Assembly: GCA_963773095.1 (NCBI GenBank) | Contig: CAVYZY010000002.1 | Span: forward strand, 341,883 to 405,882 | Length of the DNA stretch: 64,000 bases | Reading direction: 5' to 3' | Origin: an uncultured Gemmatimonadales bacterium | Lineage (GTDB): Bacteria; Gemmatimonadota; Gemmatimonadetes; Gemmatimonadales; GWC2-71-9 | In this document: in pieces, positions 17,951 through 27,020 of the stretch | How positions within the stretch are numbered: position 1 is the stretch's first letter | Layout of the letters: every line of letters starts with the position of its first letter | Notes under the pieces: generated by a model | The model's input: the letters and a program-made list of their open reading frames with translations, nothing else | Databases searched by the model: none | What the model was told of the DNA's origin: nothing | Translations under genes and position numbers: made by a program

Positions 17951-19224
17951 GCACTGACCTCCAGAGAGAGCGCATCGACGAAGTCGCGGGAGAGCCGCAA
18001 CTCGACCGGGAGCGATGCGATCAATTCCTCGATCGCGAGATTGTCGATGAAGAACCCGTCGTCGTTGACCGATTCGGCGGGCAGGAGCACCAGGTCGAGG
18101 TCGCGGCGCCCGAGGAGCGCGTCCCGCATGGCCGAGCCCGGGAGGAGCCCGGCGGTGGTCACGGTCGCGCCGAAAAGGGTGTTCTCGAGCGGGATCAGCT
18201 CGAACTCCGCGCCCGTCAGCGCGGTGAGGGGCGCGATGACCTGCGGCATGAGGGGCGCCATCGCGGTGCCGGTGACGACGCCCACGCGCCTGCCGCGCCA
18301 CCCGTCGAGCGACTCGGCCTCGTTCGCGATCTGGCGCTGCAGCCAGCGCACCGCGCCCACGCCGTTCTCCACCTGCTCGAAACCATCATAGAGCGACGCG
18401 GGCGGCAGCTCGACCCCGGCACGCACATAGAGTTCGTCGGCGCCGAACGCCCAGGAGATGCCCCGCTCACGACGGGCCACCTCCGCCCGTGCCTCGATGA
18501 CGTCGATGGCGGCACGACATTCGTCAGTGGTCGGTTCGCGCACGAGCTTGTGCTTGCTGTACTCCGTAAGACCGACCGGCACGACCGAACAGCCGAGCAC
18601 CTGCGGCCCGAACTCGTAGAGGTCGCGCAGGGTCTGCTCCAGCACCACGCCGTCATTCACTCCGGGTGACATCACGATCTGGGTATGAAACTCGATGCCG
18701 TGCTCGGCGAACTGGCGCAGCTGGGGAATGATGTCCGGCGCGGTCGGGTTCCGGAGCAGGTAGCGCCGGACCACCGGGTCGGTCGCGTGAACGGAGACGT
18801 AGAGCGGCGAGAGCCGGTACTCGATGATGCGCGCGACATCGCGCGGCTTCAGGTTCGTGAGGGTCGCGAAGTTCCCGTAGCGAAAGCTGAGCCGGTAGTC
18901 GTCGTCGCGGATGTAGAGCACGTCGCGCAGCCCCTGGGGGTTGCCATCCACGAAGCAGAAGTCGCAGCGATTGGCGCACCGACGGATGCGGGGCGGCTCC
19001 AGGCCCAGCCCCATCGGCTCCTCGAGCGGGCGCTCGATGTCGAACTCGAGTTCCTCGCCGTCCGGCTGCCGCACGTGGAGAATGAAGTTTTCCTCGGAAG
19101 TGAGAAACTCCCAATCGAGGAAATCATCGAGCTCCCGCCCGTTGACGCTGAGGAGCTCGCTTCCCGGTTCCAGCCCCAGTTCGGCGCCGATCGTCCCGGG
19201 CTCCACGGCAGTAACGCGAATCAT
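17947..19224 (-). CDS. DUF512-type radical SAM protein with an N-terminal PDZ-like domain
   Basis: CANRCDFCF (CX3CX2C), then LSFRYGNFATLTN and LYVSVHATDP. ATG 19224 preferred, GTG 19284 possible. Confidence 0.7.
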   Translation of the reverse strand: MIRVTAVEPGTIGAELGLEPGSELLSVNGRELDDFLDWEFLTSEENFILHVRQPDGEELEFDIERPLEEPMGLGLEPPRIRRCANRCDFCFVDGNPQGLRDVLYIRDDDYRLSFRYGNFATLTNLKPRDVARIIEYRLSPLYVSVHATDPVVRRYLLRNPTAPDIIPQLRQFAEHGIEFHTQIVMSPGVNDGVVLEQTLRDLYEFGPQVLGCSVVPVGLTEYSKHKLVREPTTDECRAAIDVIEARAEVARRERGISWAFGADELYVRAGVELPPASLYDGFEQVENGVGAVRWLQRQIANEAESLDGWRGRRVGVVTGTAMAPLMPQVIAPLTALTGAEFELIPLENTLFGATVTTAGLLPGSAMRDALLGRRDLDLVLLPAESVNDDGFFIDNLAIEELIASLPVELRLSRDFVDALSLEVSA

Positions 19225-19293
19225 GGCGTGAAGATGGTGTGCTCCTTGCGTAAATGCAAGGTGCACAAGAGCTTCCACAGTCACGCCTCAACT

Positions 19294-20220
19294 TTGTTAA
19301 GAGGCCCCTTCAAGGAGGTTTTCGCGACCGCTCCAACGCTAGTCGTGCTCGCGGCCGGCCTCGGCTCGCGCTTCGGCGGGGACAAGCAATTCACGGCGCT
19401 TGGCCCCCGCGGTGAGACGCTGATGGACTACGCCATTTTCGACGCGGCGCGTGCCGGGATCGACCGGGTGGTGTTGATCGTCCGGCCGGATGCCCTCGCG
19501 CTGCTGCCGGGGCTCCAGCGGCGTTACGGCGCGTCAATGGAGGTCTCGGCCGTAACCCAGCGCCTCGACGACCTCCCGGCCGGCACGAGCCTGCCGGAGG
19601 GCCGGGCGCGGCCCTGGGGCACGGCGCACGCAATCCGGGCGGCCTGGCCGGCGGTGGATGGCCCGTTCATCGTGGTCAATGGAGACGATTTCTACGGTGC
19701 AGCGCCCTACCGCGCACTGGTCGAGGCGAGGCACGGCGACCGAGGTGCAACGGCGGCGTGGCACCTGGCCGGCTTCAGGATCGAGGATACGCTTTCACCA
19801 TCGGGTCCGGTCAACCGCGCGGTGTGCCGCATCGATGCCGACGGCACGCTGACCGGCCTCGACGAGGTGCGGGGGATCCACGCCGAAGGCGATGGCACGC
19901 TGTGGGGCGGAGCCCCGCTGCAGCGGATCATCCCGGGAGACGCCGTGGTGTCGATGAACATGTGGGGCCTCACGCCCACGGTCTTCGACGTGATCGAGCG
20001 GGCATTCAAGGCGTTTCTCACGCGCGCCGACCTGACCTGCGACGAGTACTACCTGCCGGAGGCGATCGCGGTGGCCATCGCGGAGGGCCAGAAGGTGAAG
20101 GTGCTCCCGGCGTCATCGCAGTGGTGCGGGGTGACTTTTCCCGAGGATGCGACCGTGGTGCGGGCGCACCTGGCGCGGCTCGCGGCCCGCGGCGACTACC
20201 CTGCCCCGCTCTGGCCATGA
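19294..20220 (+). CDS. Sugar-phosphate nucleotidyltransferase family protein
   Basis: LVVLAAGLGSRFGGDKQF N-terminal NTP-transferase motif. Start is uncertain: TTG 19294 or GTG 19345, with AAGGAGG at 19312-19318. Confidence 0.65.
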   Translation: MLRGPFKEVFATAPTLVVLAAGLGSRFGGDKQFTALGPRGETLMDYAIFDAARAGIDRVVLIVRPDALALLPGLQRRYGASMEVSAVTQRLDDLPAGTSLPEGRARPWGTAHAIRAAWPAVDGPFIVVNGDDFYGAAPYRALVEARHGDRGATAAWHLAGFRIEDTLSPSGPVNRAVCRIDADGTLTGLDEVRGIHAEGDGTLWGGAPLQRIIPGDAVVSMNMWGLTPTVFDVIERAFKAFLTRADLTCDEYYLPEAIAVAIAEGQKVKVLPASSQWCGVTFPEDATVVRAHLARLAARGDYPAPLWP

Positions 20221-21338
20221 GCGACCCCGGCATCGCGGAACGGATGGCCGGACGCTGGCTCACACTGGCCGACGCACGCGTGGTTCCCGCGCGGGGCGGG
20301 CACATCAATGCGTCGTTCTTCATCGCCGATGGCGGCGGCGCGCCCCGCTGGCTCCTGCAGTGCGTCAACCGCGCGGTGTTTCCATCGCCGGAGCTGGTGA
20401 TGCGGAACATCGAGGTGGTGCTCGCCGGTGCTGCCGCGGCCGCATCGGACATCGCCCTGCCCGCCCTCCTGCGAACGCCGGGCGATGAGGCCTGGGCGTA
20501 TGATGGCGACGGGGAGTTGTGGCGCTGCTGGGCGGTGTTGCCCGGCGCCCGGGGCACGGTGAAGGTGACAGGCGTGGCGGATGCGCGCGAGGCGGGCCGC
20601 GCCTTCGGCGCGTTCGCGCTGATCGCGACAACGCTGGATGCCGGGCAGCTCACCGAGACCATCCCGGGATTTCACGACACGCCGGCCCGGCTGGCGCGGC
20701 TCGAGTCGGCAATCGCGCGGAATGTCATGGGCCGGGTGGACCGGGCGCGAGAGGAGATCGCCCTGGTGTTGCGCCACCGCGCGCTGGCACCGCTGCTCGT
20801 GGCACCGCTCCGGGCGGGTGCGATCCCCACGCGCGTAGCGCACAACGACGCCAAGATCGGGAACGTGCTTTTCGATTCGGTGTCGGGCCGGGCCGCGATG
20901 GTGATCGACCTCGACACGGTGATGCCGGGCACGCCGCTCTTCGATTTCGGCGACCTGGTACGCTCGAGCGTGAGCCTGGCGGCGGAGGATGCGACGGCGC
21001 TGGGCCAGGTCGTGGCTGAGCGGGAACTCTTTGAGGCGCTGCTGGAAGGTTACCTCGGTGGCAGCGGCGGCCTGCTGACACCGGCGGAGCGCGCCCTGCT
21101 GGAACCAGCGGGGCGGGTCATCACCTGGGAGCAGGCGATCCGGTTCCTGACGGACTACCTGGAGGGCGACACCTACTTCGCGACCTCGCACCGGGAGCAC
21201 AACCTGGAGCGGGCGCGAGCGCAGGTGGCGTTGTTGGTGTCGCTGGAGGAGCAGCGGGTGGAGTTTGAGGGTGCGGTACAGAGTCTAGGGTCTGAGTCTA
21301 GGGTCGAGGGTCGAGGTAACCTCAACGCTGGACCCTAG
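20217..21338 (+). CDS. APH/choline-kinase-fold phosphotransferase, probably an anomeric sugar kinase (NahK/AmgK-like)
   Basis: GGHINASF...LQCVNRAVF N-terminal motif, catalytic HNDAKIGNVLFD and IDLDTV. ATGA overlap with the nucleotidyltransferase stop. Confidence 0.6.
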   Translation: MSDPGIAERMAGRWLTLADARVVPARGGHINASFFIADGGGAPRWLLQCVNRAVFPSPELVMRNIEVVLAGAAAAASDIALPALLRTPGDEAWAYDGDGELWRCWAVLPGARGTVKVTGVADAREAGRAFGAFALIATTLDAGQLTETIPGFHDTPARLARLESAIARNVMGRVDRAREEIALVLRHRALAPLLVAPLRAGAIPTRVAHNDAKIGNVLFDSVSGRAAMVIDLDTVMPGTPLFDFGDLVRSSVSLAAEDATALGQVVAERELFEALLEGYLGGSGGLLTPAERALLEPAGRVITWEQAIRFLTDYLEGDTYFATSHREHNLERARAQVALLVSLEEQRVEFEGAVQSLGSESRVEGRGNLNAGP

Positions 21339-21356
21339 ACTCTAGACTCTGGACCC
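21281..21356. repeat. Palindromic array of GTC-phased heptamers between convergent genes
   Basis: Forward units GTCTAGG GTCTGA GTCTAGG GTCGAGG GTCGAGG, a 14-nt centre, then the inverted units gaccctagactctagactctggaccc. Contains a perfect 12-bp stem, GAGTCTAGGGTC (21294-21305) with GACCCTAGACTC (21331-21342). Confidence 0.9.
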
Positions 21357-23129
21357 CTGGGCCTCCCGCGATGGCGCCCAGAGCCTGGGCAGGAGCCGCG
21401 CCAGAGAAGTGCCGCTCACCACGAACACGACAATCCACATCGAGGCCTGGGGCCACTTGCCGTAGAGCATGCTTCCCGTCCCGAACATCGCCGCCAACAC
21501 GAAGGTGCAGCCGAGCACCCAGCCGAGCAGCGCCTGTGACAGGCTGTCGGGCGACGGTCCAAGCCCGGTGGCGGCACGGACCGCTGCCCAGCCGGGACCG
21601 GCGGGCCGGATGCGGCGATAGAACGCCTCGAGCGTGGCCGCATCGGTCGGCTTCGTGAGATAGGTCGCGACGAGCCACACGACGGTGGTGGTCAGCACGG
21701 ACGCGAGCAGCGAGACGTGCGACGGCACCCCGTGCCCGTTCTTCGCGGCAACGAAGAACCCGGCCGACACGACGAAGGAGCTCACCATCGCCGCGATCTC
21801 GCTCCAGGCGTTGATGCGCCACCAGAACCAGCGCAACAGGTAGATCAGTCCCGTCCCCGCCCCCACCGAGAGCATCAAGTCGAACGCCTGTCGCGCCGAG
21901 TCGAGCACGAAGGTGAGGCCGGCGGCCACGATCATCAGCAGCCCGGTGACCAGCCTTCCAACCGCCACGTAGTGCTTCTCGCTCGCGTCCTTCCGCAGGA
22001 AGCGGCGGTAGAAATCGTGCACCAGATACGACGTGCCCCAGTTGAGGTGCGTCGAGATCGTGGAGACGTAGGCGGCGAGCAAGCCGGCCACCATGAGGCC
22101 GAGCACGCCGTGGGGCAGGAATTTGAGCATGGCGGAGTACGCCATGTCATGGCCCAGCAGCCGCGGATCGACGTAGGGGAAGGTGCGGGCGATGTCGTCG
22201 AGCGTCGGGTAGACCAGCAGCGACGCCAGCGCGGTGATGATCCAGGGCCAGGAGCGGAGGGCGTAGTTCGCCACGTTGAAGAAGAGCGTGCCCGCCAGCG
22301 CATCGCGCTCCGACTTGGCAGCGAGCATGCGCTGCGCCACGTAGCTCCCCCCGCCCGGCTCCGAACCGGGATACCATACCGACCACCACTGGACCGTGAG
22401 CGGAATGATCAGCACCGACAGCGTAAGCCCCCAGTCGCCGAAGTCGGGCAGCAGCGAGAGCGTGCGGGGATCGAGCTTGCTCACCAGCCCGGCGAGACCC
22501 CCCACCTCGGGCTGCTTGAGCGAGTAGTACGCGGCGGCGAACGACCCACCCATCGCGATGCCGAACTGGATGAAGTCGGTGACCAGCACGCCCCAGAGGC
22601 CGGAGGTAGCGGCGAAGGCGATGTTGATCGCGGCGCAGATGGTGAGCGTCTGCCACATGGGCCAGCCGAGCATGACGTTGGCGATCTTGGCGGCAGCGAG
22701 GTTCACCGTGGCCATGATCACGGCATTGAAGAACAGGCCGAGGTAGACGGCGCGAAAGCCGCGCACGAACGAGGCGGGCCCGCCGGCATAGCGCAGCTCG
22801 TAGAACTCGAGATCGGTGAGCACGCCGGAGCGACGCCAGAGCCGGGCGTAGAAGAACACGGTGAGCATGCCGGTGAGCAGGAACGACCACCAGGCCCAGT
22901 TGTTGGCGACGCCCTTCTCGCGCACGAGGTTGGTGACGAGGTTGGGCGTATCGGTGCTGAAGGTGGTGGCGACCATCGACACGCCGATGAGCCACCAGGG
23001 GGCGGCGCGTCCGGAGGTGAAGAACTCCGCGGTGCTGGAGCCGGCACGCCGGGCGAGGACGATCGCCGGGATGAACGAGATGACGATGGACAGGACGACG
23101 ATGAACCAGTCGAGCGGCTGGAGTTCCAT
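21342..23129 (-). CDS. Sodium:solute symporter (SSS) family transporter
   Basis: 595 aa polytopic protein with N-terminal FFTSGRAAPWWLIGVSMVATTFSTDT, typical of SSF transporters. Confidence 0.8.
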   Translation of the reverse strand: MELQPLDWFIVVLSIVISFIPAIVLARRAGSSTAEFFTSGRAAPWWLIGVSMVATTFSTDTPNLVTNLVREKGVANNWAWWSFLLTGMLTVFFYARLWRRSGVLTDLEFYELRYAGGPASFVRGFRAVYLGLFFNAVIMATVNLAAAKIANVMLGWPMWQTLTICAAINIAFAATSGLWGVLVTDFIQFGIAMGGSFAAAYYSLKQPEVGGLAGLVSKLDPRTLSLLPDFGDWGLTLSVLIIPLTVQWWSVWYPGSEPGGGSYVAQRMLAAKSERDALAGTLFFNVANYALRSWPWIITALASLLVYPTLDDIARTFPYVDPRLLGHDMAYSAMLKFLPHGVLGLMVAGLLAAYVSTISTHLNWGTSYLVHDFYRRFLRKDASEKHYVAVGRLVTGLLMIVAAGLTFVLDSARQAFDLMLSVGAGTGLIYLLRWFWWRINAWSEIAAMVSSFVVSAGFFVAAKNGHGVPSHVSLLASVLTTTVVWLVATYLTKPTDAATLEAFYRRIRPAGPGWAAVRAATGLGPSPDSLSQALLGWVLGCTFVLAAMFGTGSMLYGKWPQASMWIVVFVVSGTSLARLLPRLWAPSREAQGSRV

Positions 23130-23167
23130 GGTCAGTCCGCCGGCGCAGGGCCGGAGTGGGGGGAAAA

Positions 23168-23198
23168 CAAAGGCCGGTCGCGTCGCGACCGACCTTCA
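23168..23198 (-). terminator. Rho-independent terminator after tRNA-Gly
   Basis: Minus strand reads AAGGTCGGTCGCG-AC-GCGACCGGCCTT followed by TGTTTTCC. Confidence 0.7.
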
Positions 23199-23271
23199 AG
23201 CGGGCGACGGGGTTCGAACCCGCGACCCTCAGCTTGGGAAGCTGATGCTCTACCAACTGAGCTACACCCGC
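23199..23271 (-). tRNA. tRNA-Gly (anticodon CCC)
   Basis: Reverse complement GCGGGTGTAGCTCAGTTGGTAGAGCATCAGCTTCCCAAGCTGAGGGTCGCGGGTTCGAACCCCGTCGCCCGCT folds as a cloverleaf. Anticodon loop TTCCCAA, discriminator U. Confidence 0.9.
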
Positions 23272-23390
23272 AAGTGCCTGAAACCTAGCGCGATACCCCG
23301 ACGACCGGTATCCCGGTCCCCGGCGCGATGCAGACATTCCGGAGCGAGTCACCCTCGCCGTGTGTGCGTTGCCATGGGCCGATGGCCCGG

Positions 23391-24323
23391 CTACTTCCCG
23401 ACCGCGGCCACCAGGAAGCTGCGCAGGTCGGCCTCGCTCACGGCCGGTTCCCCGCCCGACACGTTATCCAGCCTGCCGGAACGCATCCAGCGCTCGAGCT
23501 GGTCCACCAGCGAGAACAGGTGATCGAACGAGTCGACCACGAACAGCAGCGGCTGGTAGCTGTCGATCTCGAAGTACTGATTGATGACCCACTCGAGCTG
23601 CACGGGATAGCGCTGTACTTCCGCCGAGTCGATGGCGTGGGCGATCTCGCCGTAGGAGCTGAGGAGGCCGCTGCCGTACACCTTGAGGCCGTCCCCGCTC
23701 CGCATGAGGCCGAACTCGATCGTGAACCAGAAGAACCGCGCCATCGCCTTGTAGATGCTCGTCATACGGCGGATCTTCTCGCGCTCGTCCTTGATCCCGG
23801 CCACGATCTCGGCCGCCGTGTGGGCACAGTCACCGAAGCGCACCAGCGTGTCGGCGAAGGCCCGATCGGTGTGCATCGGCACGTGGCCGGCAATGTCGTG
23901 GAAGATGTCGGGCTCGGGGAGGTAGTCGAGCATCCCCGCATCGCGGATCGTGATGGTAGTGGGAAACTCGCGATTCCGCAGGCAATCGAAGAAGAGGAAC
24001 GACGGCACGTAGCCGCTGACCGCCTTGGCCTTGAACCCCGTAAGCGGGCTCAGGAAGCTGTTGACATCGTCCAGCCGCGGCACGCGCGTCGGATCGAGGC
24101 AGAGACTGCCGATGCCCTCGAGGAAGCGGGGATTGGCATAGCGCTGCCACCGGTCTTCCATGCGGTGGTACAGCTGCCGCCACGCTTCGTGGTTGGCGTC
24201 GCTGTACAACTCGTACGGCTGATGGATGTACAGCTCACCATTTGCCTGGGCCTGCTCGATGAACGAAGCCCGGGTGGTCGTGAGACCACCCTCGGAACTC
24301 GCCGCACCGGGCGACGCTTTCAT
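23391..24323 (-). CDS. phhA: Phenylalanine 4-hydroxylase (aromatic amino acid hydroxylase)
   Basis: PEPDIFHDIAGHVPMH iron-ligand motif and WFTIEFGL. 310 aa, the bacterial PAH size. Confidence 0.85.
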   Translation of the reverse strand: MKASPGAASSEGGLTTTRASFIEQAQANGELYIHQPYELYSDANHEAWRQLYHRMEDRWQRYANPRFLEGIGSLCLDPTRVPRLDDVNSFLSPLTGFKAKAVSGYVPSFLFFDCLRNREFPTTITIRDAGMLDYLPEPDIFHDIAGHVPMHTDRAFADTLVRFGDCAHTAAEIVAGIKDEREKIRRMTSIYKAMARFFWFTIEFGLMRSGDGLKVYGSGLLSSYGEIAHAIDSAEVQRYPVQLEWVINQYFEIDSYQPLLFVVDSFDHLFSLVDQLERWMRSGRLDNVSGGEPAVSEADLRSFLVAAVGK

Positions 24324-24353
24324 GGCCTCACCGTGTGATGGCAGTCAGGCTCC

Positions 24354-25778
24354 CTACTTCTTGACGGTGTACCTGTAGCTGCTGATGCCCTCGCCCTTTG
24401 CCTCGAAGGCGAAGTCCTTCGTCGCATCGGGAGCGAGCGGCTCGAACGCCACTTCCTGGGTCGCGACGGTCCTGCCCGACTTGTCGAGCATCTCGAACAC
24501 GAGCGTGAACGGCGCGGCAGGAATCGGATTCCCCGTCTTGGCGTCGGCCGCCTGCAGGCCGGTGGCCGTGCCACCCAGGCTCGCACTCGCCGGCTTGAGG
24601 GTGAGCTCGGTGATCACGACCTTGGCCGGCAAGCCGAGGATCCGCTCGCCGACGGCGTTCGCTTCCTTGGGCAGCTTGCTGAGCTGATAGCCCGCCCGCT
24701 GAAGCCGCAGCGCGTCCTGGTTGAGCGGCTCGGCCGCCACCAGCTTGGCGGCCGACGCGGAGAGCAGCGGTCCATCCTTGAGCGCGAGGTAGCAATTCGC
24801 CTGCGCCTGCAGGGCGCTCACATTCGTGGGCTCGGCTGCCAGGACCCTGGTGAGGAGTGCCGCCGCACCGGCATAGTCCTTGTCATTGTAGAGCTTCGTG
24901 GCGTCAGCGAGTTCGGTGTTGGCCGTGGGTCCAGCAGCGGTGGTGCTGCCGGTCACGGCGTCGAGCGCCTGCGCCTTCTCGGTCTGGCCGGTGGCGCGGT
25001 ACGCGCGCGCGAGCGCCTTCTGGGCATCCTTATCGCCGGGATTGGCCTTGAGGTACTTCTCCAGCAGCGGAACGGCTTCGGCCGCCCTGTTGCCGTTGAT
25101 GAGCAGGGCCGCCTGAGCGTAGAGCGCCCGATCGCGGAGCTTCGCGTCGTTCGAGTCGCTGGACGTGCCGGCAATGACCTTGGCAAAGTAGGCGTATGCG
25201 CTGTCCTTCTGACCGCGGTCGGAGTAGATGACGCCGATGTAGTACGGCGCAAACGCCGCGCTGGGCCGCAGCGCAGCCGCCTGCTGAAGCGCCTTGAGCG
25301 CCGCAGTGGTATCGCCGCCCTGCAGCGCCGTGACACTGGAGTTGGCAATCGGGACGTACGCGATGTAGCGGAGCCGGTCGATCTCGGCCTTGCAGTCGGG
25401 CCCCAGCTTTTCAGCGCGCGCCAGCGCCGTGTCAGCGCCGGCCACATCGCCCTGGAACAGGTCGACCCAGCCGAGTCCGTACCAAGCCGATACCGCCTTG
25501 TCCTGCCCGTCGGTGGTGATGGCTTCGAGGATGACACGATTGGCCGATGCGAGCAGCGGCTTCGGGTCGTTCTTCGACTCGATCGCCGACTTGAGGTAGG
25601 TATAGCCGCTCGAGACGTTGAACTGCTTGCCCCTGTCCGCGGAGCAGGCGGGTGACTTGTACTTGCCGCCGGCCTGATCGAACATGGCCTTCGCCACCGC
25701 CGGGTTGCTCTGTGCGGCTGCGGGCACCGCAGAAATTGCCACCAGGAACGCCGAGACCATCACGGGCTTCTTCATCAT
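24354..25778 (-). CDS. Secreted TPR-repeat protein
   Basis: Signal peptide MMKKPVMVSAFLVAISAVPAAAQ followed by repeated TPR-like helical units. Confidence 0.6.
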   Translation of the reverse strand: MMKKPVMVSAFLVAISAVPAAAQSNPAVAKAMFDQAGGKYKSPACSADRGKQFNVSSGYTYLKSAIESKNDPKPLLASANRVILEAITTDGQDKAVSAWYGLGWVDLFQGDVAGADTALARAEKLGPDCKAEIDRLRYIAYVPIANSSVTALQGGDTTAALKALQQAAALRPSAAFAPYYIGVIYSDRGQKDSAYAYFAKVIAGTSSDSNDAKLRDRALYAQAALLINGNRAAEAVPLLEKYLKANPGDKDAQKALARAYRATGQTEKAQALDAVTGSTTAAGPTANTELADATKLYNDKDYAGAAALLTRVLAAEPTNVSALQAQANCYLALKDGPLLSASAAKLVAAEPLNQDALRLQRAGYQLSKLPKEANAVGERILGLPAKVVITELTLKPASASLGGTATGLQAADAKTGNPIPAAPFTLVFEMLDKSGRTVATQEVAFEPLAPDATKDFAFEAKGEGISSYRYTVKK

Positions 25779-25866
25779 CGCGCTTGCAACTCCGGGTTGA
25801 GAACCATCGCGTCAGGTACTGCACGTCGCGGTCCAAATATCGCCCGGCCGACGGGCGACCGCAAAC

Positions 25867-27018
25867 TCAAGCCCGGTATAGCCATCCAGCGCCTGTGTTG
25901 AAGATCACAACCCGCGATTCCGGCCCGAGTGTCCCCTGCCGGCGCAGGTGTCCCGCCGCGGCGAATGCGGCCCCACCCTCGGGGGACACGTCGACGCCCT
26001 CGGTGCTCGACGCCACCCGCGCGGCCTCGGTCAATTCCTCGTCGGATACCGCAATGGCGCCGCCACCGCTGTCGCGGAGCGCCCGCAGCATGAGCCGGTC
26101 GCCAAGGGGGGCCGGCACCCGAAGCCCGGCGGCGACTGTCTGCGGATCGATCCACGGCTCGCCATGGTCGGCGCCGGACTCGAACGCGCGCACCACCGGC
26201 GCACAGCCGGTGGACTGGACCGCGTAGAACCGGGGCGGTGTTCCCTGCACCCAGCCGGCCTCGATCAGCTCGTTGAATGCCTTCCACATGCCGATGAGCC
26301 CGGTACCGCCACCCGCTGGATAGATGATGACGTCGGGCATGGTCCACCCGAACTGCACCGCGATCTCGAAGGCGAGCGTCTTCTTCCCCTCGATGCGATA
26401 CGGTTCGCGCAGGGTGGACACATTGTACGCGCCCTCCGCCGTACCCCAGGCGGCAGCGAGCCGGCCGGCGTCGCCGATGTGGCCATCCACCAGCTCGAGC
26501 TCGGCGCCGAAGACGCGTACCTGCGCCAGGATCACGCGGGGCGTGGTGCGCGGCGCAAAGACCCGCGCCTGCACGCCGGCACGACTGGCATAGGCGGAGA
26601 GGGCCACCCCGGCGTTGCCGGCGGTCGGAATGACGAAGCGGGTGGCCCCCGCGGCCACCGCCCGGGTGACCGCCGCGCTCAGTCCACGTGCCTTGAAGGA
26701 GCCGGTGGGGTTGGTGCCCTCATCCTTGAGCCAGAGATCGGGGAGGCCCAGGCGCGCGCCGGTGCGCCAGAGGTGGAGCAGCGGGGTGTCGCCTTCACCG
26801 AGCGTGACCGGGTGTTCGCCCACCGCGAGCGGGAGGAAGGGACGGAAGCGCCACATCCCGTGGCCGCGGCGCACCTCCGCGCGGGCGGTAACGGTGGGCG
26901 CCGCGCGCTGGTACCGCACGAGCCAGGGCTGTCCGCAGAGGTCGCAGACGGTCGGCAGGCCGTCGGGGGCGCGCGTGTTGGCGCACGCCGAACAGGCGAG
27001 GATCCAGTCGAGATTCAT
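25867..27018 (-). CDS. thrC: Threonine synthase-like PLP enzyme with an N-terminal Zn-ribbon
   Basis: MNLDWILACSACAN...CDLCGQPW, then PTGSFKARGLSAAV (PLP lysine) and IYPAGGGTGLIG. ATG at 27018. Confidence 0.7.
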   Translation of the reverse strand: MNLDWILACSACANTRAPDGLPTVCDLCGQPWLVRYQRAAPTVTARAEVRRGHGMWRFRPFLPLAVGEHPVTLGEGDTPLLHLWRTGARLGLPDLWLKDEGTNPTGSFKARGLSAAVTRAVAAGATRFVIPTAGNAGVALSAYASRAGVQARVFAPRTTPRVILAQVRVFGAELELVDGHIGDAGRLAAAWGTAEGAYNVSTLREPYRIEGKKTLAFEIAVQFGWTMPDVIIYPAGGGTGLIGMWKAFNELIEAGWVQGTPPRFYAVQSTGCAPVVRAFESGADHGEPWIDPQTVAAGLRVPAPLGDRLMLRALRDSGGGAIAVSDEELTEAARVASSTEGVDVSPEGGAAFAAAGHLRRQGTLGPESRVVIFNTGAGWLYRA

Positions 27019-27020
27019 GT

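Noticed and set aside
15028-18301. N-terminal extensions of gpsA (528 aa), plsY (361 aa) and der (556 aa) in the ORF track
   Set aside because: The extensions are out-of-frame translations of the upstream genes. Conserved N-termini begin at internal ATG/GTG codons that overlap the upstream stops (ATGA/GTGA).
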